Shown: one piece after another, positions 9,309 through 18,147 of the stretch
Numbering within the stretch: position 1 is the first letter of the stretch
Layout of the letters: every line of letters begins with the position of its first letter
Source: Gammaproteobacteria bacterium
GTDB lineage: Bacteria; Pseudomonadota; Gammaproteobacteria; Ga0077536
Reading direction: 5' to 3'
Assembly (NCBI GenBank): GCA_009692365.1
Contig: SHZJ01000002.1
Span: forward strand, 52,692-116,691
DNA: 64,000 nt
Program-made: the position numbers and the translations under genes
Notes under the pieces: model-generated
The model's database searches: none
What the model was told of the DNA's origin: nothing
What the model saw: only the letters and a program-made list of their open reading frames with translations

Positions 9309-10026
9309 GGGTAGGGGACCTTTGAGTCGGTGGCTTGCTCGTGGCTCTTGTGGCCCGCCGCGACCCGCCCGCCCCGCGCGGCACCCGCGGAGCTTTTGGC
9401 GAGCACGGGCTCATCGCGTGGGAGTATGGGATAGGTTCTGCGATTTAACTAGATTGTCTTACCGACGCCCGCGCCAAATGAACAATTGGACCGCAGACGA
9501 CCCCGTCATGACGGCCAGCGTGCTGAACGAGGGGGAGGATCCTTCGGCGTGCCGCTAGAATTTTTACGGTTTGCGGGTGCGCTGTCGTTGGTGGTGGCGA
9601 GAGGCCATCACCACCCCGGCAGATCGCGCTGGCGCTGGCACCGGGCGGCTACGACGGGGGCGTGCGGGACTATGCGGTGGGTTGTGGCGGGTCAACGCGG
9701 TGGCGGGCGCGAGCGCCGGGGTGGCGCGCTCGAATCGGGATGCCGAAACCCGCGCCGTAGGACTGTGATGAGGTCAGGGCTGGCCCGTCGTGCCGACCGA
9801 TGCCGTGGTCTTTGCGGTCCTCATAGCGACCATGGGCGGGATCCCAAACAGGCCGCACCTGGCGCCCGCCACCACCCCTGGGCGAGCACGTCGCTGAGAG
9901 CTAAACCCCTGCCGCCCGGAAAATTTTTTGCTGGATAGCAGAAAAGAGTTGCACGCAGTACCCTTAATGTGCGCAGCCAACCGGAATGGGCCGCCCGCCA
10001 CAGCGGGTTCAAAAGGAATTTTTCTC

Positions 10027-10629
10027 ATGCGACTCATCTACTTCGATTTTCCGGGTCGCGGTGCGGCGATTCGTGATGCCCTGCGCCTGGGTGGGGTTCC
10101 CTTCGAAGACGTCCGCATCAGCTACCCCGATTTTTGTGCCCGACGGGCAGCGGGCGAATTGCCCTGGGACACCCTGCCGGTCGTGGAATTGCCGGACGGC
10201 ACCCGCCTCGGACAAAGCAATGCCATTCTGCGTTGGGCTGGCGCGCTGGCGGGGCTGACTCCGCCCAACCCTAGCGATGCGTTGCGGGTAGACGACCTCC
10301 TCGACAATATCGAGGACTACGGCGCACGGGTGAGCGTGAGCATTCGGGTGGTGAGCGATGAAGTACGAGCGCAACTGCGCGCGGAGTTGGCGCAACGCTG
10401 GCTGCCCGAATGGTTCGCGCTCTTGGAGCGGCGGCTCGCGGCGGCCGGGCAGGGTTGGCTGGCGGGCGCGGCGTTGAGTGTTGCTGACTTAAAAGCGATG
10501 CACTTAATCGACAAACTCATCAACGGCAGCCTGTCTGGGCTGCAGCCCGATGCCTTAGCCGCTTTCCCAACGCTGAGCGCATGGCACCTGCGAGTTCACG
10601 CACTGCGGGTCCACCGGCACCTCGAGTGA
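10027..10629 (+). CDS. Glutathione S-transferase.
   Basis: MRLIYFDFPGRGAAIRDALRLGGVPFEDVRI...LPVVELPDG..LGQSNAILRWAG matches the GST N-terminal thioredoxin-like domain and alpha-helical C-domain. The ATG at 10027 is chosen over the track's 9928 start. Confidence 0.75.
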   Translation: MRLIYFDFPGRGAAIRDALRLGGVPFEDVRISYPDFCARRAAGELPWDTLPVVELPDGTRLGQSNAILRWAGALAGLTPPNPSDALRVDDLLDNIEDYGARVSVSIRVVSDEVRAQLRAELAQRWLPEWFALLERRLAAAGQGWLAGAALSVADLKAMHLIDKLINGSLSGLQPDALAAFPTLSAWHLRVHALRVHRHLE

Positions 10630-13343
10630 CCGCACGGCCCAGCGCGAAAGTCGATGGAAACTGGCGAACTGGGCCTCGCTACCAGCGTGAGGAACACGCC
10701 GACCGCTTGATCCTCGACGACCTAGAACGTCAGCTTGCGGGTCTCACGCTAATCGACACCCCGGTGTGGTTGTTCGATACCGAACGCTGTCAGTGCCTAT
10801 GGGCGAACCCGGCAGGGCTCGAAGTATGGCAGGCCGAAAACGTCGCCCTGCTGCAGGCCAGAGACGTCGCGGCCACGCAGTCTGAGGCGGTCTATACGCT
10901 CCTGAACGACTACCTGCAGCGGGTAGAGAAGGGCGAGAAAATTGGGGCCTGGGTCACCCTAGACCCCCGCGGTAGGACTCGCCGGTTCTACCAGACCCAC
11001 CATCTCGTCACTCTCTTGGATGGCCGTCGGGCGCTGCTCGTCGAGGCGCAGGCCGAGCCACCCGCGGAGGAACTGCTAGCGCTGGCGTCGAACTACGCGC
11101 TCACCATAGGCTTGTACGAAATGGATGGCGGCTTCGTGAGCGGCAATCCAGCATTTAGCAACATTGCCGCCCACCAATCGCTCGCCACGCTCACCGACAT
11201 CCTGCCGCGCGAGGCCGCATTTGAGCACTGGGCCACCACGATCTCCCAGCAGAGCGCACTGCTGTTTGAAACCGGGTTGCTCACCGCGCGCGGCCACCGC
11301 GTCTTCCGCGGCGAATTACGCCAGGTGCTGACCGCCACGCGCCTACCGCGTGTCCTGCTGACGCTCTATGACCTTACCGAGCAACGCATCGCGGAATCCG
11401 AAGCGGCGCTCCGAGATAATCAGGCACGCACCGAGCGCACACTAGACCACGCGGAGGTGGCGACCTTTGTCTGGGACATCGCGAACCAAAAGGTGTGGGT
11501 AGACCGTCGCTGGTGGGCGATGATGGGCTATGCGCAGGACGAAATCCGGCTCGACGCGGCGGTTTGGTCCTCTCTCGTACACCCGGAGGACCTAACCCGG
11601 CTAGGCCCACAATTCGCGCAGGTGCTCGCCGGCGAAGTTGGGACGTGGGACCACGAGTATCGCGTCAAGACCAAGCAGGACGGCTGGTTATGGATACTCG
11701 ATCGAGGCCTCATCACCCGGCGGGATGAGCAAGGACTGCCGCTGGAAGCGAGCGGTATTCATCTGGATATCCAGCGGCATAAAACCGCCCAACTGGCGCT
11801 CGCGGCGAGCGAATTGCGCCATCGAACAATCCTCTCAGTGTTGCCCGACCTCATCGTCATCCACGATGCCGAGGGCGAGTTTACCGACGTGCACGCCGCC
11901 CGCTTGGCAGACTGGGGGTTCCCAGCGGGTTCCCCACTCGGGTTGGGCATCGCCAAGGTGCTGCCACCAGAACTCGCGGCGACTTTTTTTCAAGTCCAAA
12001 AGAAAGTGCTCTCACGACAGCAGATGCTGCAAGGCGAATACCGCTTGGTCGACCCCCAGTTGGGACCGGTGTTTCGAGAGTTCCGCATGGTGCCCCATGG
12101 GCCACATCACACGCTCACGATGATTCGCGACGTGACCCAGCAAAAGGCGACACAAGCGGCGCATTTGCAGGTCGTCAGGCAGCTTCAGCAAGCCCAGAAA
12201 ATGGATGCCTTGGGGCAATTCACCGGCGGCGTCGCGCACGATTTCAATAACATTCTGGCCAGCATTCTGGGCTACACCTGGCTCGCCTTGCAGCAGACGA
12301 GCCAAGCCCGCGACCCCAAACTGACCCAATACCTCGAGGTCATCACTCGCGCCGGCGAGCGTGGTCGCGATCTCGTGCAGAAATTGCTGGTCTTTAGTCG
12401 TCGCTCCAACGACGGGCCTACCCGCGCGCAAGACCCCCTGCCGTCCTTGAGAGAGAGTTTCCAAATCCTGCGGGCCCTGATCCCCTCCAGCATCTCACTC
12501 GCCTTAGAACTGCCCGACACCTGTCCAGCGCTGGGAATCGACCCCACCGAACTGCATCAGGTGGTGGTTAATATGGCGCTCAATAGTCGCGACGCTTTAC
12601 AGGGGCGCGGCCAAATTGTGATTGCGCTGCGCCCGCTTGCGCAGTATCAGCGCATTTGCGCGAGCTGCCATCGAGCGACCTCAGAGCGCTATGTCGCCCT
12701 CAGCGTCCGGGACGACGGGAGCGGTATTAGTAACGCGCTGCTGGACCGCATTTTTGATCCTTTTTTCACGACCAAACCGATCGGCTCGGGCACCGGCATC
12801 GGACTGGCCGTGGTAGAAGGTGTTATCCATCGCCTCGGTGGGCATATTTTGGTGGACACCGAGGAGGGCCGCGGCACCGAAATGCAGTTGCTGTTGCCGG
12901 CGGCGGCCAGCGGCGCGCCGAGCCTCGCAGAGAACCCGGTGCTAGCTTCAGCTACTTGGAGCGTCACCAACGGCGGTAACCTCATGGTGGTGGATGACGA
13001 AATATTGATTGGCAATTTTTTGCGCGACCTCTTGCAGGATGACGGCTATTCCGTGAGCGTCTTCGACGACAGCCGCGCCGCGTTCGAGGCCTTCGAGGCC
13101 ACCCCCGATGCCTATGTGGCGGTCATCACCGACCTAACGATGCCCCATCTGAGCGGCCTCGAACTCGCCGCGAAGATACACGCCCGCAACTCGCACGTGC
13201 CCATCTTGTTGTGCACCGGCAACGGTGAAAGCTTACGCCCCACGCAGTTGCATGCGACGGGCATCGTGCGGGTTCTGCCGAAACCCATTCCGATCGCCGA
13301 ACTGCGCGCCCTGCTGTCCAGCGTCATCGCCCGCGCGCCTTGA
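10581..13343 (+). CDS. Cytoplasmic hybrid sensor histidine kinase with PAS domains, a HisKA/HATPase core and a C-terminal receiver domain.
   Basis: The H-box reads HDFNNILASILGY. The ATP-binding lid reads GSGTGIGLAVVEGVIH. The receiver reads LMVVDDE...ITDLTMPHLSG...ILLCTG. The start is uncertain: ATG 10581 overlaps the GST gene by 49 bp; an in-frame GTG at 10626 would give a typical 4-bp GTGA overlap. Confidence 0.8.
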   Translation: MAPASSRTAGPPAPRVTARPSAKVDGNWRTGPRYQREEHADRLILDDLERQLAGLTLIDTPVWLFDTERCQCLWANPAGLEVWQAENVALLQARDVAATQSEAVYTLLNDYLQRVEKGEKIGAWVTLDPRGRTRRFYQTHHLVTLLDGRRALLVEAQAEPPAEELLALASNYALTIGLYEMDGGFVSGNPAFSNIAAHQSLATLTDILPREAAFEHWATTISQQSALLFETGLLTARGHRVFRGELRQVLTATRLPRVLLTLYDLTEQRIAESEAALRDNQARTERTLDHAEVATFVWDIANQKVWVDRRWWAMMGYAQDEIRLDAAVWSSLVHPEDLTRLGPQFAQVLAGEVGTWDHEYRVKTKQDGWLWILDRGLITRRDEQGLPLEASGIHLDIQRHKTAQLALAASELRHRTILSVLPDLIVIHDAEGEFTDVHAARLADWGFPAGSPLGLGIAKVLPPELAATFFQVQKKVLSRQQMLQGEYRLVDPQLGPVFREFRMVPHGPHHTLTMIRDVTQQKATQAAHLQVVRQLQQAQKMDALGQFTGGVAHDFNNILASILGYTWLALQQTSQARDPKLTQYLEVITRAGERGRDLVQKLLVFSRRSNDGPTRAQDPLPSLRESFQILRALIPSSISLALELPDTCPALGIDPTELHQVVVNMALNSRDALQGRGQIVIALRPLAQYQRICASCHRATSERYVALSVRDDGSGISNALLDRIFDPFFTTKPIGSGTGIGLAVVEGVIHRLGGHILVDTEEGRGTEMQLLLPAAASGAPSLAENPVLASATWSVTNGGNLMVVDDEILIGNFLRDLLQDDGYSVSVFDDSRAAFEAFEATPDAYVAVITDLTMPHLSGLELAAKIHARNSHVPILLCTGNGESLRPTQLHATGIVRVLPKPIPIAELRALLSSVIARAP

Positions 13344-13404
13344 CCTGCAGACGGGACGCCACATCCGGGCCCGTGGGTCAGGGCCACGCCGGCGTTGGCA
13401 CGGC

Positions 13405-14406
13405 TCAAGTCGCGGCCCGCGGTGCACCGCAGGCCGCGCGGGCCAGACGGTCGTGGATCCCCCGCCAGGCGCCACTCGAAGGAGGCAGTTCGACAATAAT
13501 TTCCGCGCACGCTGCGCCATCCAGCTCGCGCAGGCTGGCATATAGCACGCGGGCATAAGCGCTAGCCGTGGCGGGCGCCACTAGCCCCACCACCGCACCC
13601 GGGGCCGCTATTTTGGCCAAGGTCGTGGCACTGACAAACAGGGCGGGGCGGGCCTGCCGCGCCAGCAAAGCGACGGCCCGCTCGACACACGCCGAAGCCA
13701 GCCCCAGCACCAGCGGTGTGCGCGGCGCGTAGTGCGCCGGCAGCGCGCCCGGCACGCGCGGTGCCGGCGCGTCGGCCGCGCCCAAGGCGTTACCCACAAT
13801 GCGCGCAACCTGCGCCTCATCAAGCATGCCGGGGCGCAGCACCCGCGGAATCGCGCCCACGACGTCGACGATGGTGGATTCAATCCCCACCGCGCACGCC
13901 CCCCCATCCAGCACGATCTCGAGCGCCGCACCAAACTCTGCGTGCACGTGCGCCGCCTGCGTAGGACTAATTCGCCCAAAGCGATTGGCCGAAGGGGCCA
14001 CGAGTCCGTAAATTCCGCGCGCAGCACAAGCTGCCAGCAAGGCCTGCGCCAGCGGGTGGGCGGGACAGCGAACTGCCACGGTGTCTTGTCCTCCGGTCAC
14101 CGCGTCCAGCACGTGCCGGGCGCGCGGCAACACCAGGGTGAGCGGCCCGGGCCAGCACGCGGCCACCAAGGCGCGGGCGGGGGGAGAAATCTCGCGCACC
14201 CAGTGGGCGAGCCCCGCCGGGTGCACGATGTGGACGATCACCGGATGGTCTGACGGCCGGCCCTTGAGCGCATAAAGCCGCGCGATGGCCGCTGGGTTCG
14301 CGGCATCGGCACCCAAGCCGTAGACGGTCTCGGTGGGGAAAGCCACCAGTTCGCCGCGCGCCAACGCCGCGACGGCCCGCCGGATCAAGGCCGCAGGCGC
14401 GCTCAT
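13405..14406 (-). CDS. tsaC: L-threonylcarbamoyladenylate synthase (YrdC domain plus Sua5 C-terminal domain).
   Basis: LVAFPTETVYGLGADAANPAAIARLYALKGRPSDHPVIVHI is the YrdC/Sua5 signature. The internal Met (MSAPAALIRR) is chosen as the start, 2 bp from the upstream SDR gene's stop. Confidence 0.8.
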   Translation of the reverse strand: MSAPAALIRRAVAALARGELVAFPTETVYGLGADAANPAAIARLYALKGRPSDHPVIVHIVHPAGLAHWVREISPPARALVAACWPGPLTLVLPRARHVLDAVTGGQDTVAVRCPAHPLAQALLAACAARGIYGLVAPSANRFGRISPTQAAHVHAEFGAALEIVLDGGACAVGIESTIVDVVGAIPRVLRPGMLDEAQVARIVGNALGAADAPAPRVPGALPAHYAPRTPLVLGLASACVERAVALLARQARPALFVSATTLAKIAAPGAVVGLVAPATASAYARVLYASLRELDGAACAEIIVELPPSSGAWRGIHDRLARAACGAPRAAT

Positions 14407-14407
14407 T

Positions 14408-15148
14408 TCAAGGGACCACCACCGCGCCATCCCAAGCAAAAACCTGTCCGCTGTCGGCCACGCGCAGACTTTCGCACACCGCCAGTAGGTGCTGCGCGGC
14501 AGACTCGCCGGTGAACAGGCTAGGCGGCGGCACATGGGCTTGAAAGGGTCGCGACAACCCGGTGTCCACCGTGCCCGGGTGCAGACCCACGCAAATGGCG
14601 GGTGGGTTACGCCGGCTCAGTTCCAGCGCTAAGGTCTTCAGCAACATGTTCAACGCCGCCTTAGACGCGCGATAGCCATACCAGCCACCGCTGCGATTAT
14701 CACCAATGCTACCCACCCGCGCGGAGAGCGCCGCGAAAACGGCTTTCTGATCCCGCCGCAGCAACGGCAGAAAATGCTTGGCGCACAGGGCCGGGCCGAT
14801 GGTGTTCACCGCGAACAGCCGGGCCAGCACGATTGGGTCCAATGCTTCCCAGCGCTGCTCTGGGCGCAGCGTGCCGTCGTGCAGCAGCCCGCTGGCCACC
14901 AGCACCAGGTCCAAAGGGCCGTCGTGGGCTATCTCGCGCGCGGCCTGCGCCACACTGGCTTCATCGGTGAGGTCTAGGGTTAGGGGGACCATGCGCGCGA
15001 CCGGCGGCGGCGCGAGGCGCGCCAACGCATAGAGCGTGGCGACTTCCGGGTGGGCGAGCAGCGCGCTGCACAGGGCGGCCCCCAGACCGCCCCGCGCGCC
15101 GACCACCGCGCAGCGCAGGGGTGAATGAAAACTGTGGAACACCGTCAT
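14408..15148 (-). CDS. Short-chain dehydrogenase/reductase (SDR) family oxidoreductase.
   Basis: N-terminal Rossmann motif VVGARGGLGAALCSAL. Typical SDR length of ~246 aa. Confidence 0.7.
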   Translation of the reverse strand: MTVFHSFHSPLRCAVVGARGGLGAALCSALLAHPEVATLYALARLAPPPVARMVPLTLDLTDEASVAQAAREIAHDGPLDLVLVASGLLHDGTLRPEQRWEALDPIVLARLFAVNTIGPALCAKHFLPLLRRDQKAVFAALSARVGSIGDNRSGGWYGYRASKAALNMLLKTLALELSRRNPPAICVGLHPGTVDTGLSRPFQAHVPPPSLFTGESAAQHLLAVCESLRVADSGQVFAWDGAVVVP

Positions 15149-15267
15149 AGCAGCGCCATCCTACGCGATGCAGCCCCGGGGAGATCAGGGCCGCGGCAAA
15201 CACCACGAGCGCCCGTTTCAGGGTGGCACGCAGTAGACTAGGCGCTCCTCAATCACGGGACACCCCC

Positions 15268-15588
15268 ATGCGCAAAGTGCTCAGCCTGACCCTGTCAGCG
15301 GCCGTATTTCTGACCCTGTCCAACGCGTGGGCAGTGGATGACGAAGAAGACAGCGTACAACCCCGCGATGGTCGCCCCGTGGTCCACACCAGCTCACCTC
15401 AGGACATCTACGATGCCAAGGTCAGCATGCTGGAAGCGCGCGTGGAAGCTAAACGCAACTACTGCAAAGCCACGGGGTCCAAAGGCTTGGACTACTGTTC
15501 CAAAGAGGCCGACCAGATGGAGCGTGAGGGCCAGTACCGGCTCAAGGCCGAACTCAAGGCCGCGCTCGCGAAACAGCCAGCGCCCTAG
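15268..15588 (+). CDS. Small secreted/periplasmic hypothetical protein.
   Basis: Signal peptide MRKVLSLTLSAAVFLTLSNAWA, then a charged ~85-aa mature region with two Cys. No family recognised. Confidence 0.5.
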   Translation: MRKVLSLTLSAAVFLTLSNAWAVDDEEDSVQPRDGRPVVHTSSPQDIYDAKVSMLEARVEAKRNYCKATGSKGLDYCSKEADQMEREGQYRLKAELKAALAKQPAP

Positions 15589-15598
15589 GCTTCGGGTG

Positions 15599-16561
15599 TT
15601 AAGCGGCACTGAGGATGGCGGCGAAAGTGGCCGCATCCACGTTGCCGCCGCTCAACACCACGCCCACCGGCCGGCCTTCATAACGGGCGCGCTCCTGCAG
15701 CAAACCGGCTAGGCCAGCTGCGCCCGCGCCCTCGGCGAGGTTGTGCGTGTCGGTGTAGTAGGCCCGCATCGCGTGGGTGATCTCCGCTTCGCTCACTTGG
15801 ACTAGCCGCGCCGCGCCGGCGCGCAGCAGCGCCACGGCCGCCGGCGCCGGCGTGCGGCAGGCCAGACCGTCGGCCAGCGTCTCGGCGCGCGGCGTGCACA
15901 CGATCTCCCCGGCGCTGAAAGACAGCGCGTAGGCGGGCGCCCCGGCAGCCACCACCCCCACGATGTCGGTCGCAAGCCCCAAGGCATCGCGGGCGGCGAT
16001 TAGGCCACAGGCACCCGAACCCATCCCCACCCCGACGTATACCGCCGCCAGCGGTGGACTATGGCGAAAAAACTCCAGCCCGTAGGTCGCCACCCCACAC
16101 ACCAGTTCGGGCTCAAAGGGCGACACGAACCTCAGACCCTCGGTGCGCGCGAGTTCGTCGGCGACCTGCCGGGCGTCCTCAAAATCATTGCCGGCTTCGA
16201 TGAGTCGCGCCCCTAGCGCGCGCATCGCCGCGTTTTTCTCGCGACTGTTGCCGTGGGGCACGACTATCGTCACCGGGCGTGCAAAAATCCGACCGGCCAA
16301 CGCCAGACTCTGCCCATGATTACCCCGGGTCGCGCTCACCAAGCCCGCGCAAGCAACCCCCGCCGCCCGCAGGCAATGCAAATAATACAGGCCACCGCGA
16401 AGCTTGAACGCCCCGATGGGGGTGTGATTCTCGTGTTTGACCCAGACCTCGCGGCCGGCACGCGCGGCGAGCAGCGGCCAGGCGTATTGCGGGGTGGGTG
16501 GGCAGTGGGGCCGAATCACCGCGGCGGCGGCTTCGATCTCTGGCAGCGTGGGCAATGGCAT
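15599..16561 (-). CDS. PLP-dependent threonine/serine dehydratase (fold type II).
   Basis: VWVKHENHTPIGAFKLRGGLYY contains the PLP-Lys motif. The glycine-rich loop is GVGMGSGACG. Confidence 0.8.
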   Translation of the reverse strand: MPLPTLPEIEAAAAVIRPHCPPTPQYAWPLLAARAGREVWVKHENHTPIGAFKLRGGLYYLHCLRAAGVACAGLVSATRGNHGQSLALAGRIFARPVTIVVPHGNSREKNAAMRALGARLIEAGNDFEDARQVADELARTEGLRFVSPFEPELVCGVATYGLEFFRHSPPLAAVYVGVGMGSGACGLIAARDALGLATDIVGVVAAGAPAYALSFSAGEIVCTPRAETLADGLACRTPAPAAVALLRAGAARLVQVSEAEITHAMRAYYTDTHNLAEGAGAAGLAGLLQERARYEGRPVGVVLSGGNVDAATFAAILSAA

Positions 16562-16579
16562 TGGGGACTCCTAGCGACC

Positions 16580-17995
16580 TTAGCGTTCCAGCGAGCGATA
16601 CAGCGCCAGATATTCCCCGGCGCTACGCGCCCATGAAAAATCTTCGGCCATCCCGGCCCGTTGCATGGCTTGCCAGTGCGCCGGCTGGCGCCACACGGCG
16701 GCGACCCGCCGCAGCGCCGCCAGCAGCGCCTCTGGACTGGCTTGCCCAAACACAAAGCCGGTGCGCCCATCGTCCACGCTGTCGCCCAGCCCGCCGGTGC
16801 GGCGCACGACCGGCAGCGCGCCGTAGCGCTGGCTGTAGAGTTGCGATAGGCCGCAGGGTTCGAAGCGTGAGGGCATCACAAAAGCATCGACCCCGGCAAA
16901 AATCTGATGGGCCAGCTCGGCGTCGTAGCCAAAACGCACGGCGATGGCCTGCGGATACCGCCCGGCTAGCGCACCCGCTGCGGCTTCGAGTGCCGGCTCG
17001 CCGCCGCCCAACATCACACATTGGAAACCCTCTCCCACCGCCACCGGCAGGGCCGCCAGGAGCAAATCAAGACCCTTCTGCTCGGTCAGCCGGCTCACCA
17101 CGCCCAACAGAGGCGCCGCCGGCGCGCAGGGTAATCCGAAGCGCGCCTGCAGCGTCGCCTTATTGGGCGCGCGGGCCGCCAACTCAGTCGCGCTGAAACG
17201 CGCCGCCAACAGCGGATCGGTGGCGGGATTCCAAATCTCGGTATCGATACCGTTGAGGATCCCGCGCAACGCCCGGGCCCGATGCCGCAGCAGGCCGTCC
17301 AGACCCTGCCCCAACGCCGGGCTTAGAATTTCTTGGGCGTAAGTGGGGCTGACTGTGGTCAAACGCTCGGCAAACGCAACGCCACCCTTGAGGAACGAGC
17401 AGCTGCCATGAAATTCCAAACGCTCGTAGTGCCACCACGTCGGCGGCAGTTGCAGCTGCTCGAAGGTATTACGGTCGCACAGACCCGCGAACGCGAGATT
17501 GTGGATGGTGAACACGCAGGGCGGGGCCTGCGGACGCGCTGAGAGCAGCGCTGGCACCAGTCCGGTAGGCCAATCGTTGCAATGAACGACGTCCGGCCGC
17601 CAGGCGGGATCTTCGGCGAGCACGGCGACCGCGCGGGCAAAGCAGGCAAAACGATGCGGATTATCGTGCCACTCGCGCCCCGCGGCGTCGGCATACGGGC
17701 CACCGGGCCGGTCGAAAAACAGCGGCGCGTCCACCAGCCACAGGTCGAGGCGTGGGGCGAGCGGCAAACTCAATACCGCACAGTCCCCCGGATAACCCAG
17801 CAGCTGCAGCGTGCGGTAGACGGAGAGATGGGGATAGGCGGCCTTGACGGCCCCATAAGCGGGCAGCACGAGTTTCACCTCGCACCCAGCTTGCGCAAGA
17901 CTCTTGGGCAAACTGCCGCAAACCTCTCCCAGGCCGCCGGTCTGCGCGAAGGGGGTGGCTTCGCTGGTGACGAAAAGCACGCGTGTCATGGCCAA
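16580..17995 (-). CDS. glgA: Glycogen synthase (ADP-glucose type, GT5).
   Basis: MTRVLFVTSEATPFAQTGGLGEVCGSLPKSLAQAGCEVKLVLPAYG is the canonical GlgA N-terminus. Confidence 0.9.
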   Translation of the reverse strand: MAMTRVLFVTSEATPFAQTGGLGEVCGSLPKSLAQAGCEVKLVLPAYGAVKAAYPHLSVYRTLQLLGYPGDCAVLSLPLAPRLDLWLVDAPLFFDRPGGPYADAAGREWHDNPHRFACFARAVAVLAEDPAWRPDVVHCNDWPTGLVPALLSARPQAPPCVFTIHNLAFAGLCDRNTFEQLQLPPTWWHYERLEFHGSCSFLKGGVAFAERLTTVSPTYAQEILSPALGQGLDGLLRHRARALRGILNGIDTEIWNPATDPLLAARFSATELAARAPNKATLQARFGLPCAPAAPLLGVVSRLTEQKGLDLLLAALPVAVGEGFQCVMLGGGEPALEAAAGALAGRYPQAIAVRFGYDAELAHQIFAGVDAFVMPSRFEPCGLSQLYSQRYGALPVVRRTGGLGDSVDDGRTGFVFGQASPEALLAALRRVAAVWRQPAHWQAMQRAGMAEDFSWARSAGEYLALYRSLER

Positions 17996-18147
17996 ATGAT
18001 ACCCAGAAATAGCCGCGTGCCGGCTGCTAGCGACGCCCCCCTTGCGTAGACTGCTGGCAACTCACTCGGATGACGGCCCGCCACTGGCGCGCAAGATGCC
18101 GGCACCGCGGCCGTCGACCGCCAGATTTAAAGACGAGATTAAAGACC

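Noticed and set aside
9486-9938. 150-aa ORF in the efflux-operon/GST intergenic region, and similar ORFs at 9094..9558 and 9774..10037.
   Set aside because: They are Arg/Gly-rich low-complexity translations with no start context or homology pattern, typical of random GC-rich ORFs.
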